The translations under genes and the position numbers were made by a program. Positions 28,239-48,247 of a stretch of DNA of 64,000 nucleotides are shown here, in pieces. The notes below the pieces were generated by a model that saw nothing but the letters and a program-made list of their open reading frames with translations, searched no databases and was not told the DNA's origin. The first letter of the stretch is position 1, and each line of letters opens with the position of its first letter. Origin of the DNA: Octopus vulgaris (taxonomy: Eukaryota); contig OX597820.1 of assembly GCA_951406725.2 (NCBI GenBank), positions 109,244,001-109,308,000 of the forward strand. The letters run 5' to 3'.

Positions 28239-29848
28239 TCTCTTATTATAAAAGGCAGATTTTATCTGCCTCCCTTTGGGAGTTATAGAAATCTACAATA
28301 TAGGATTTCTTCAATTACAATTTACCTAGCATTTTTAAGAGTAGAATGCATCGCGTCATGCCAGGTCCAGTTTTTAAAATTTAAACTCCAATTAAGCAAA
28401 ATTTACAGAAAACTCACATTCTGGTGTGTGTGTCAAATGCTTTTCTTAGTCTGGTTTACACCACACGCAAACGCACACACACAGTGTGCAACGAATAAAA
28501 TGAAAGTAAATAGCAACAGAGTGATTTGAGGAAGACTAAACTGAAAGTATTTAAACCACTACTCAAAAAATAAAAAAACACAGCAAACAGAAACAAATAA
28601 ATACATAACCATTTACTCCTCACACAATTTCTTCAATTAGAATTTACCTAAGATTTTTCAAAGTACTCCATTCGCTCATGCCATAATATATTTCTTTCAA
28701 TTTCACCCCCAATTAAGACAAAATTCGAGAAAACTCAATATTTTAACATATCACTCCGAAAGCATTGATGTACATGTGTGCGTGCGTGAGTGTGTGTGTG
28801 TCATTCCTCACACACACGCATACACATACATATACAACTACATACACATACAACTACATACAAACACGTGTGTGTTTGTTATTAGTAAAAAAGGCGCCAA
28901 AACACCAAAACACAACTCACTTATCATTCCAACACATTTGCAAAGACACACGGACGGACAGAAAAGGTAAATTGGTTTTTATTTTACTCTGTATATATTT
29001 TATTATATAATATTATATATAGATATATGTATATATAATTGCAGTATGAAACAGTGTTTATGTATAAACAGACGACACTTATATATAGTTATTATAATAA
29101 GAGATTAATAAATGTATGCATCCGTTTAACCCTTTCGTTACCAAGCCGCCCGAATTTACCTATTCATATTTAAATGAGAATATCAGAGCAAATCTCTTTA
29201 GTACATTCGTGAAAACACGTATTATACTTCGTAAACACTTCAACTACTGTTTTGTACAAAAATCGAAGTGTAATTTTAATTCCGTGAATTATGGGAGATT
29301 TTTTTCCGAAATTTGTTCCTATTGTGTTTTCAAAATTTGTAATTCTGACAAAAAATGGATACGAATTTCATTATATCAAGCAGCGAGTCAGAATTCGAAG
29401 GATTTTCTACTGAAGACCTTCATAAATCTAACTCTATGACTGAAAAAAAAAAGCATCTTTATATAAGAGTGAAGTTGTGTGTCTGTCTCCTACAATTTAG
29501 ATTTGTAACTACTCCCACATTTTGCGGTGCAGTTTAACCAAAAGCGGGTATCTTATAGTCGTGATTCATATCGAGCCCTTCTGGGTATTAGCGTGCGTCT
29601 ACAATGAGTCTACGATTTAAAAAAATTTACCATCATATTTTTCCATTTTAATGCATTTTTTCGCTTTTATATAAGGGAAGTAACTCTCTAAAAATATCTA
29701 CGATGTGTCAACGATTTAAAAAAAAATTTACCTTAATTTTTTTTCAATCTTTAATGCATTTTTTTGCTATTTTTTGGCTTTAACTCTCTAAAAATACTTA
29801 TATAGTTATTTCCCTTACAACCCGAGCAACGCCGGGCGATACTGCTAG
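28239..29848 (+). mobile_element. Composite non-autonomous Helitron-like element containing a piggyBac 5' end
   Basis: A|TC starts at 28239 and 29456; 3' hairpin cccgagcaacgccggg then CTAG|T at 29845-29849. Confidence 0.65.
29130..29455 (+). mobile_element. piggyBac left-end fragment
   Basis: TTAA|ccctttcgttacc; nearly identical to 44512-44890 apart from a deletion near the TIR; no right TIR. Confidence 0.88.
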
Positions 29849-29864
29849 TATATATATAAGTATG

Positions 29865-29897
<33 letters not shown>

Positions 29898-30000
29898 ATC
29901 TATATGTATATATCTTTATGTATATATATATGTGGATATATATATGTATATATATATGTGGATATATATATGTATATATATATATGTGTGTGTGTGTATA

Positions 30001-31628
30001 TATTTTGTTGGATGGCCATTGACTGTTCAGGAGTTCATCCACCTTCTGATGGGCCTTATTTTTCATCCCATAGGGTGTCCAACAACACCCTCCTCACTAA
30101 GCAAGCCTGGTGGGGTTGCCAGTTTAGTCGACGATGACCAGACCTTGTTAAAAGTTGTACTGGATTATATGTTATCAGTAGCTCTTAAGAGTAACCTGAC
30201 AGAATATGTGATCCAGTACAACTTCTTGCATGGTCAAATCATCGGCGACTAAACTGGCAACCCCACCAGGCTTGCTTGAATGAAAAATAAGACTTGTCAA
30301 AGGGCGAATGAACTCCTGAACAGTCAAATCTTTATTAACCATGAGGTTGAGAAAAGGAGGGGACAATATGAGGATAGACAAAACAAACATTGGGGTCAGG
30401 GGATCGAATGGGACGAAATGTATGAATAAACAAACAATTAAAATACATACGTTTAAATGAGAATGAGTGATTTACAAAAAATGAAGCAGAGGATGTGGTC
30501 AACCCCACAAACCACATACTCATACTGAAGACTTTGCTTTGTCCTCTTTTTGTTCTCATTTAGACAGGTTCTTTCAGTCGCAACATACTTGCTACAGACT
30601 TCCATTTTTTATGAAACACACTTTGCAACAGGCATTTCTTCTCCAGCCTTATTTTCTATTTCATGTGGAAAACGAAAAAGTTGATTAGCTCAAGACTGGA
30701 GATGAACATGCCTGTTGCAATTCCTTTCACTCTCGTCTTCCATACTACCTTTTTAACAACAGCAACTACCAAGAGAAAACAGGGAGGGCAGCGGAATGAT
30801 CTTAATTACAGATTCACTCGACTGTTGTAGTCTTCTTGAGTGCAACAGCAGGTGTTTGACATAAGCCCAGAGTTCAGTCACTTTGGGGCATTGCACAATT
30901 GCGTGCAGGACAGTTTCACTGTCCTGCTCGCATCTTGCACAAACCAGCAAAGGCGCACACCCATGTCTAAACAGCTTATCTTGAACCAGTAAAGCTTCTA
31001 TGTAACATTGCCTGGCCAGGGACTTTTGGTAATTATTCATATGCCCTGGCCCGAATGTTCTTTGGAATAGGTTGGCCAGCTAACTCTACAAACCCTACAA
31101 ACGAGGTAGTACCCCTGCCACCGGCATTGTCCAACTGGGAGAGAAGCACAAGTGCCTGATGGCACTCTGCATGCCACATACCCAACCTCAGTCTACACTT
31201 GATCCATGGGTCCAGTTCGGTAAACAATGTGAACTGTGGAAATAACAGCTTGATGAACGGAGACCATACTTGCTCACCATCCCGGTAAAGCCAGAGGTGC
31301 CTAAGCCTGAGTGCATTTTTTGCCATGGCATCCCTAGCCCACCCTTCAGCGGCTTTTGGCAGCAGATGGAGCGCCTTACAAGAGGTCTGCTGCCCCTTCA
31401 CAAATAGCGAAAGAGTATGTGTTCCAGCTTGCTCAGCCACGAATCAGGGCAAGGCACGATGGTCAGGTGGTAAGTAATTAGAGAAGCGATAAACACCTCT
31501 GCAACTTCTGTCCTCCCTTTCAAGGACAGCCTCCGCTCAGACCAGGTGTGAGTTAGGAGAGCTACCTTGCTTGCCACCTCGCTCCAATTCTTCTCTATCT
31601 GAACAGTCAATGGCCATCCAACAAAATG
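30001..31628. mobile_element. Palindromic foldback MITE whose right arm is split by a LINE
   Basis: Termini ttttgttggatggccattgactgttcag / ctgaacagtcaatggccatccaacaaaa; arms mirror about a central ctcttaagag at about 30182-30191. Confidence 0.85.
30328..31598 (-). mobile_element. Tx1/L1-like LINE, 5'-truncated, with 12-bp TSD
   Basis: [32 protein letters not shown] and zinc-knuckle CARC..ETVLHAIVQCP; TSD ctgaacagtcaa at 30316-30327 and 31599-31610; AATAAA at the 3' end. Confidence 0.85.
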
Positions 31629-31667
31629 TAAGTAAATATTTATATAAATCTTTAAAAGATATAAAAT

Positions 31668-34930
<3,263 letters not shown>

Positions 34931-35489
34931 TGTGTATATATATATATATATAGCAAATTTCGGCTGTTCAATTCTGATATTTGCTCCAACTCGGCCAGCC
35001 CCAAGAAAAAAAACTAAGCTGTAAGCATTAGATTTCTTGGTAGAAGACAGGAATGTGAACGCACAAGACGGATGTAAATACAAGAGACGAAAACGAAATT
35101 GAAAACAGTAATGAATAAACAAAAATATATATAACGGTGGTTGTCATACGACTTTAGACCAAATGAGACAGAAACAACAACAACATAGCAGCTGGCGTAG
35201 AAATAATTACCGTTTCGGTAGCGGGGACACATGTTGGTTGAGATACGATGGCCAACAGAATGGTTTAAGAAGCAGCAGGTTGCAGGAGAGAGAGAGAAAG
35301 AGAGACAGAGAGAGAGGGAATCAAAGAGGGTGGAAGGCAGGGGACAGAATCAGTGACCAAGAGAAAAGGAGAAAGAAGGGATTAAGGAGGATGGGAGGAA
35401 GAGGGGAGGAGGATGGGAGGAAGAGGGGGGAAGAATCGGAGGGCGCCAAAAAGTTTAGTGAAGAAGCAATGGCAGGTAGGAAAGACAGT

Positions 35490-36457
<968 letters not shown>

Positions 36458-38625
36458 GAATAAAAAGAATTCCAACCTTGTCTGATTTTCACGTTTTATT
36501 TACAATCTTATAATGATATATTATAAGATAATATATTATAATTGAATAAAATAAAATGAAATAGTAGAATGTTAAATATTCATTCTGATTGAACTAGTAC
36601 TTTCATGCATTGAATTCTGCAATCTTCGGGTTCATGTAGTAGTGTTGACAGTCATGCTTCACAATTTTTGACTGTAGCAAGATGAGTGATTCTGTGCTAT
36701 AAATACAGCTGGGTAGGCTCCAGAGTGCTAGGTTTTGCAAACTGTATTCTGACCAATCAGTGTGTAGTATCACTCAATTACTTAAGCTGATTGGTTGGTT
36801 GAGCTGATTGGTTTAGGCATCACGCTTTGTTGGATAGGTCAAGAGTCCTGTATCTTGACCCTGGCCGAAGCAGCAATTGTTGGGTTGTTTTTAGAAATGT
36901 TGTAAATATCCTTTGTCAGAGATTTTTATATTTTTATATTTCAATTGTCATCATCATCATTGTCAGCACCTTAATTATTGTTGCTAGTGGTGATGGTGGT
37001 GGCAATAGAACTTTTAACCCTAAATAAGATAATTTTCCTGCTATCTTCGTCTTGATCACCTTTAGTATTGTTGTTGTTGTTAGTGGTCATGGTCGTAGCA
37101 GTGGAAGTAATACCTCTAAGTATTATTATTATTGCTTATTTAGCTTGGGTTCGAATTTATCAATAAAATTCTTTTCTCTGATTTTCCTCTCGATTTCACT
37201 TGGGCTGTGTAATTTGTAGAATGGAAATATTATATATATTTTCCGACCACATGTTGCTAGGTGGTTACTCAAAGGTATCTGACGGACCTCTGGGTCTCTA
37301 ATCTGTTGCCGGTGTACACGTGAGCGTTCTAATAGTGCGTTTCCCGTCTGACCTACATATATTTCTTCACAATTTGGGCATTTGATGCAGTAAATTAAAT
37401 TTCTGCTTTTGCAGTTCATATTCGCGTTTGTGAATATTTTCCCGGTTTTTGTGTTTATATATTGACCGGTATGTATGAATTGGCATGTGCCACATCGGCT
37501 ATCATTGCATTTAGATACCGTGAATGTTTGGTCTTTGTTGCTGAGGTCAAATTTTGCCTTTGTTAGTAATGTTTTCAAGTTTTTAGGCTGTCTTTTACTA
37601 AGCACCATAGCTCGATCCTTGATTATGTCTTTTAATTCATTACTTTGGGCAATGATTGGTAGGTTTGCTTTGGCAATGTTGAAGATATTCTGGTGACATG
37701 GGTTGTGTGTCACTATGAATGGTATGACTTGTTCTTGTTTTCCTCTTCCTTGGGTTGTCCTAAGTTGTTGTATAGGTATTTTTATAGCCCGCTGTATGCC
37801 ATTTTCTATAAGTAGAGATGGGTATTTTTGTTTGAGCAAAAATTCTCTTAGTTCTATTAGGCGTTTGTTCCTGATATTTGCATCTTCTACAATAGTACAA
37901 ATTCTTCTGGCTAGGCAGTATGGGATGTTACGTTTTGTATGTGGTGGATGGCACGACTTAAAATTTAGGTATTGATGTGTGTCTGTGTGTTTATAGTATA
38001 TATCTGTGGTGATGGTGGTGTCTTTTTTAATTACCATTATATCCAGGAATGGTAATTTGGTACTACTCATCTCCTTTGTAAATTTGAGAGATGGGTGTAG
38101 GTTGTTCAGGAGGATATTGAACTCTTCCAGAGTATTTAGAGATTCTGTCCAGATTATGAAACAGTCGTCTAGGTATCTCTTCCATGCCTTTTCAATATAC
38201 TTTCTAAATCCAGTGCCATAGTTTACCTCCACCTCTTGGTAGAGTTGTTCTTCTAAGTATCCCATTACAGAGTTGGCGTAAACGGGAGCAAACCTCGTTC
38301 CCATCGCCGTGCCTCTAATTTGGATGTAATTCTTTCCATTGAAGAAGAATGTGTTATTTTCTAGAATAAGTTTGACTGTGTCTAATATAAATGGCACTGT
38401 GAATCTGCTGGGAATCACTTCTCTATGTTTTTCTAACCAGTATTTAATCGCCTTTATTCCTAAATCGTGTGGAATATTGGTGTAGAGGCTTACCACATCA
38501 AAACTTAGCAAAACTGAATTTGTTTCTGTTGTTTTGGGAAGATGGGACAGGAAGTCGATGTCATCCCTGATGAAACTTGGTATGTAAGTACATAGTGGTT
38601 TCAAAACAATGTCAATAAAATTGAC
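36458..38625 (-). mobile_element. Young Penelope-like element (Neptune-like), 5'-truncated, uninterrupted RT + Zn-linker + GIY-YIG
   Basis: About 498 aa open frame: FDVVSLYTNIP, GTAMGTRFAPVYAN, RYLDDCF, PFLDI, CNDSRCGTC, NLIYCIKCPNC..YVGQTG; stop at 37129. Confidence 0.95.
36590..36634 (-). ncRNA. Minimal type-I hammerhead ribozyme motif (U4C core variant)
   Basis: Minus strand: UGAAC CCGAAGA u UGCA gaauucaa UGCA u GAA AG ua CU A GUUCA; perfect 5-bp stem I. Confidence 0.72.
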
Positions 38626-38626
38626 A

Positions 38627-42152
<3,526 letters not shown>

Positions 42153-43502
42153 GTTCATTCACCCGCTCTCCTATGCTTCTTGCTGTTTCCCCTACGTATG
42201 TTACTGTCTTGTTACTGCATCATCCCTCTATACATCTTATACTATAGACTACATTTCTGGCTTTACAGTTTGTTTGTGGGCTAAATCTACATACAGTGCA
42301 ATAGTTATCCATACAGAGGGTTCTACTAAAAGGATAGGTTCTACCAATTATAGATTTGATAGGGTTGCCTGGCTTTTCAACAACCTTAATTCTTAGTTTA
42401 AGTTTATCTAGGGACCTTCTAAAGCCGTACGCCAGTTCACCTCCAGGGGTGGTGTCAACGAACATGACACTCTGGTATTTATGGCTATCATACCAAGAGG
42501 TGGCCTTCCCTATTTTCTTTTTTGTCCTTTCTATAGTGTTCCATGACTTGTTCCTATAGAGTGGGCAAATCCCATTCCTATCATTACATAATATCTTATC
42601 AAATTTCTTCAAGGCTCCTTTGTATACTCTGATCCTTTCTTTATGGCTGTAACCTGAGAACTGCATGCGGTGAATGAAATACTGTATGTGTCTCTTTAAT
42701 TCTGTAGGCTCGCACATGCGTGACACATTTCTCATTATTCTGACGAGGTCTGCCATCAAAATATTGAATTTGGCATTGCCCGCAATGGCTGAGTTCCGGT
42801 GGATCAGGTATTTTGAGGCCATAGGTTTTGCATAGTATGAATGAAGGATTTGGGTTTTATTTTTCACAATTTCTAGCCAAAGTTCAGTGTCTAGTACTGG
42901 TAGTCTATGGTTGGGGTGTTTAGTGGGGTAGTCTATTGTGACCTTAATACTCTGGTGGATGGAGTTAGCTATTTGCTGGATGCTCTCTATAGTATTAGTT
43001 TCTATTACTATATCAACATTACTCTCTTGTGGGGTTGCCTTTACTACTATGTTGATATCATCAACATAGCGAGAGTACATGTTTACGAGTATGGATTTCT
43101 GCAGTAGGCGTTCTTTAAGCCTTCTGTCCCATCATACCATGAAAAGGTTGGCCACATCACCAGCGATACTAACACCGATGGCTGCCCCCTTGTCCTGGGC
43201 ATATATTTTATTATTAAATTTAAATGTGTGGCCTTTTAGGGTAACTCTTATACTAGCTCCTAGTGCATGTGCGATCATTTTCTTTACCTGATGGACATTT
43301 GCGGGGCTCCGTATGGCTCTGGTCCATCCGCGCCATCTTTCTATATGTGTCTTCCTAGCCATAGAAGTAATTGTAGGTGGTCTACCTCTTAAACATCTAC
43401 TGGGGCAGAAACTACTAAGATTATGTTTATCTAAGTATTCATTATTATATGTCAGTCTAAGTAGGAGGCCCAGTTCTTCTGTGTTGACATTACAGAACAA
43501 TG
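42153..43502 (-). mobile_element. Penelope-like internal fragment (third RT family)
   Basis: [63 protein letters not shown]; both ends in TA arrays. Confidence 0.88.
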
Positions 43503-43536
<34 letters not shown>

Positions 43537-43604
43537 GTATATAGCATGGATTCTATTGAATGTATGTAACAATTATGAACTTTTCCATTATACTGTTTAT
43601 TATA

Positions 43605-43653
43605 AATTGTTTTGATAAGGTTCGTTATTTCAAGAACCGAAACATGTAAAATT
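43605..43653 (+). ncRNA. Minimal hammerhead-like motif with compensatory U3:A8 core
   Basis: UUGAUAA GGUUC guuauuucaa GAACC GAA AC au GU A; stem I weak. Confidence 0.6.
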
Positions 43654-43731
43654 AAAATTTATCTAATATAGTGGCGTTTTCAAACTTCTTTTTTACAAAT
43701 ATATACCCACTCGTATACAATCTACTCTTAT

Positions 43732-43780
<49 letters not shown>

Positions 43781-44511
43781 ATTATATAAAATTTGAAAAT
43801 ATATAAATATAAATATATATAAATATATACTTGCAAAGCTAAGTATATATTTATATTTAAGATTTTTAAAGTTTAATTTTTAAATATTTTAATAAGTCGT
43901 ATTGTATAATTTTGTATTTTATATAAATACTGATTGTTATGTAATGACTTAGTTATCGTAGTTTTTCTATATAATTATTAGATTTTAACCCTATGTTTAT
44001 TCGTAAGACTTTTCTTAGCCAAAGGGATATATAGATCGTTAACAGTTATACGAGTTTTTTTAAAGTTAGGTTTCTTGTATATACATGTATTGTTAGCATA
44101 AATTTTAGTCTTTAATAACTATATTTGTTGATAGTTATTTTAAATATTTTATAATTGTTATTATAACTTATATATTGCTTTTTACAATTGATAATTGGTA
44201 GTAGTATTTTTTCCATTGATAAATATATTTGTAGTATTTATTGGATACTATATAACTACGGATTGATTATTTCATTAAGTATTTCATTATTTCATTTTAG
44301 TTCTTAACTATACGGTTTTTGTAAGTTATTAATTAGCCAACGAGATATATGGATCGTTATTTAGTTATAGCGTTCTTTTAAGATAGTTTGCTTGTTTACA
44401 ATTAGCTTTTTCGTCTTTAATCTTTTAATATATTTATAAGTAATAACGAATAATTAATTTATTACGTCTTTATTGTACGTGCATATATATTTATTGATAG
44501 AGATAATTTAA

Positions 44512-45597
44512 CCCTTTCGTTACCAAACTGCCCGAAACTGCCCGAAAAAATTTTGGTTAATGTGACCAAGCCGCCCCAAACCGCCCGAATTTACCTATTC
44601 ATATTTAAATGAGAATATCAGAGTAAATCTCTTTAGTACATTCGTGAAAACACGTATTATACTTCGTAAACAGTTCAACTACAGTTTTGTACAAAAATCG
44701 AAGTGTAATTTTAATTCCGTGAATTATGGGAGATTTTTTTCCGAAATTTGTTCCTATTGTGTTTTCAAAATTTGTAATTCTGACAAAAAATGGATACGAA
44801 TTTCATTATATCAAGCAGCGAGTCAGAATTCGAAGGATTTTCTACTGAAGACCTTCATAAATCTAACTCTATGACTGAAAAAAAAAAGCATGTGGTATTT
44901 GATAATGAATCTGATGTTTCATTTTCTGAAAGTGAAAACAGTGAATCTGAGAGCTCTGACAGCGATAAAGAAAATGAATTGGCACCTGAATGGAGTGAAA
45001 ATTTAAAAACTGTTTCTTTCGGTGATTTTTCTGAAGAAACTGGACCAAGCCACAGACTTTCCCTGAAGAGTAAAGCCTTAAACTATTTCTTTTTACTTTT
45101 TCGAATGAGCCTATTTGAAATCATTACAGCGGAAACGAACCGTTACGCTAAACGTAAACAAAGCGAAAGAAAGGATAGTTTGTTATTTCCCACAACCTTA
45201 AATGAAATTAAGGCCTATTTTGCCATAAATATTATTATGGGTATCAGAAAGTTACCCAGAATAACAAATTCTATCGTAAAATTTTGTTGTATACCCAATT
45301 GAATATTAGCTAATAACCCATTTTCTATAGTGATGTTTGAACAAAATTTTAATAATTTTATATATTGTTGAATTTACCTGTATCTACCTGCAATTAGAGT
45401 CACTTTGTGACAAAAATTACAGTATAGAATTGGTTGAGAACATTTCATTAACTTATCTTCCAAAATTCATGTTAATATATTGATAAATAAAAAAGTTATA
45501 GTTGTTTAATGAAACCAGACTAAATTTATGATTACGTTAGAAATTAATTGAAACACATAAGGGGTGTATTTTGGTCAGAAATATAGTAACGAAAGGG
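44512..45597 (+). mobile_element. Internally deleted piggyBac transposon
   Basis: TTAA|ccctttcgttac ... gtaacgaaaggg|TTAA; ORF 44790-45302 is a PGBD4-like N-terminus (acidic tract, TAETNRYA, EIKAYFAINIIMGIRKLP). Confidence 0.93.
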
Positions 45598-45981
45598 TTA
45601 AGATCTTAATTCTTATATTTATATACATTTATATATATTCATTGATAATTTAATTATTATTCAAATATTATATAATTATTTGACTTGAAATTTAATTTAA
45701 TAATATGAATAGTGATTTTTATTTTTTTTTGCTAAATATTTAGGTAATTAGATATCGACGGTAACTGAGATTAGATTATTTAAATTTTGAATTATATATT
45801 TTATATATTTTGTATATTATATTAATTAATTTATTTCTATGTTTTGGTTTATGTTTTTCACTGTTTGATTTGCCTGATAGTGGTTTTATCTCTAATTTAA
45901 TATATATATTTATACTGTAAAATTAGATTTAATCCTAAATCTAATTTTTCCCTGTAAGTTTGGATTTACTCCTAATAATAT

Positions 45982-46050
<69 letters not shown>

Positions 46051-46209
46051 TGTATAGCTGTATATCTATAGATATATGTACACATCTATGTGTAGATGTA
46101 TATATATATAGAGAGAGATGTACATGTAATATATACACATATATATACATATATATACATGCTTACATATATACACACATACCCACTCACACACACACAC
46201 ACATACATA

Positions 46210-46530
46210 GGTACCGGTGTGGCTGTGTCGTAACAAACCTGGTTCCAAAACACATGGTCCTCAGTTCAGTCCCAGTGTGTAACTTGGCATATATCTTCTG
46301 CTATAGCCTCAGACCAACCAAAGCCTCGTCATTGGATTGTGTAGGCAGAAACTTAAAGACATCAATTGTATATATATGTATGTATATATGTAAGTCTATG
46401 TGTGTGCCTTTCTGTTTCTCCCTCATCACTGCTTCTCAACTGGTGTCCGTTTATTTACATCCCCATAACTTACTGGTTTCACAAGAAGAAACTGATAGAA
46501 TAAGTACTTGGCTTATCAACATAAAAAAGC
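46210..46530 (+). mobile_element. tRNA-derived SINE, diverged
   Basis: ggtgtggctgtgtcgtaac..cagttcagtcccagtgtg..ctatagcctcagaccaaccaaagcc. Confidence 0.7.
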
Positions 46531-46661
46531 ACTAGGCTGTGTCTCATATTTATCTTGCCCACTCAGTTGTATCTATCAGTTTGTGTGTGTGTCTGTGTAT
46601 CTTCCGTTTTTTGTATTGTCTACTTGAATGTTTTGCGTTCTTGTCCCATTTTGTATTTTTA

Positions 46662-46709
<48 letters not shown>

Positions 46710-46711
<2 letters not shown>

Positions 46712-47950
46712 CACCCTAATGGTGTTAACTCCCAAATTTTAGTCATTTCTTTTATGATCCAAAACTAAGTCAAAAGTACTGAAGGATCATAACCCCCATG
46801 ACAATTCATATATTTTTGCTGTTGATGAAGTTTTAACCATAGATATTAGACACAAATGAAGTAATATTTATAAAATTTCACCTTATAAGTTAGAAAGACC
46901 CCTCCATGGGGACTTAACACCCACAATTTTGTCATTTTATCTAAGCAAAAATGAATACAGTTGTGTTCTTGGAAGCTGTTAGGTTACCGGAGCATAAAAG
47001 ATGAGCATTATTTGTAATTCAATGGTACAACAGTGTAACAGTTTGCTTTGACATACACTTACATTGTGATTTCTGCAATGTGGTGCATAAATTGTCAAGT
47101 AAATGAGAGGCATCTTTGCCTCCACTGATTCGGTTGCTAAGTGTTGAGTAAAGTTATTTGATTGCAGACCTCCTTTTCAGTCTTTTTATTATCACTGGGT
47201 CACACATAGTCCCCAGATGGTAACATTGATTTCAAGGCCTACCCACATGAGTGACCGGTTATTCAAAGACATTTATAGATTGTAAATTTATTCTGTCCAC
47301 TTTCATATCAGTATAGAGGTGACACTTTCATTTCTCGTTAGCCCTCACGTCACACAGTTGTTAATATTCATTTCAGTTGGGTCACGCCCTTCCAATTGCT
47401 ATAGATTCGTAATGCATCTTATGGCTGTGCCTATCACCTGGATGGTGAGGAATCCTACATTGGGAGTGGTAACGACTAGGGTAGGGTAGCTGACTGTTTA
47501 TTGTAATCATTTGTCTTTTGGTTTCATGTAGCTTTGCTCTCTTTTACAAACTCAGTGAACATATATTTCCTATTTCAAAGAAATTCAAACAATAGATATA
47601 AGACCCAAGTTAAAAAGATTCTCAACAATTCAACTTCTCTGGTTGACATTAAGATGCCCACCCCCAACAGGGGCCTTAACTCTCACATTTTAGAGCTCCA
47701 TGACCTTCACTTTTCAGGAGCAAAATCGCTTTAACAGGTTCAATATGACTGTAATTTTGGAATATGCGCATAAAAATCAGTAGTATGGGATACATGTGGC
47801 ACAATTACAATTTTGTTAGGGTGTGTAAAGAGGGAAATAACCTTCATCTGCAATTTTGATTAAATTCGAAACATAGATATTCCAGTTCATTAAAAAGTCT
47901 AATTCTTCAATTGCATGTAACACGGGCAACGCTGGGTATCTCTGCTGTTT
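46710..47950 (+). mobile_element. Probable non-autonomous Helitron-like element
   Basis: 3' end cacgggcaacgctgggtatctctgctgt resembles the hairpin+CTAG ends at 29821-29848 and 63903-63931; internal diverged repeats; 5' boundary uncertain. Confidence 0.45.
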
Positions 47951-48035
47951 ATATATATAAATACTTTCTTTAATGAACTGGAATATCTATGTTTCGAAGT
48001 TCATCAAAATTGCAGATGAGGGCTATTTCCCTCTT

Positions 48036-48080
<45 letters not shown>

Positions 48081-48247
48081 TATATATATGTATGTATATT
48101 ATATATATATGTATGTATGTATATATATATATGTATTTATGTATGTATGTATATATGTATTTATGTATGTATATATATATATATATATGTATGTATATAT
48201 ATATGTATGTATATATGTATGTATGTATATATATATATATATATGTA

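Noticed and set aside
34953-35012. Possible hammerhead on - (GGCUG..CAGCC GAAA)
   Set aside because: No CUGANGA core upstream and no stem III.
34931-35122. N-terminal extension of the 365-aa RT ORF
   Set aside because: Runs through a TA tract into unrelated sequence; not part of the RT.
44790-45302. Domesticated PGBD gene
   Set aside because: Truncated before the catalytic core and enclosed by TIRs with TTAA TSD.
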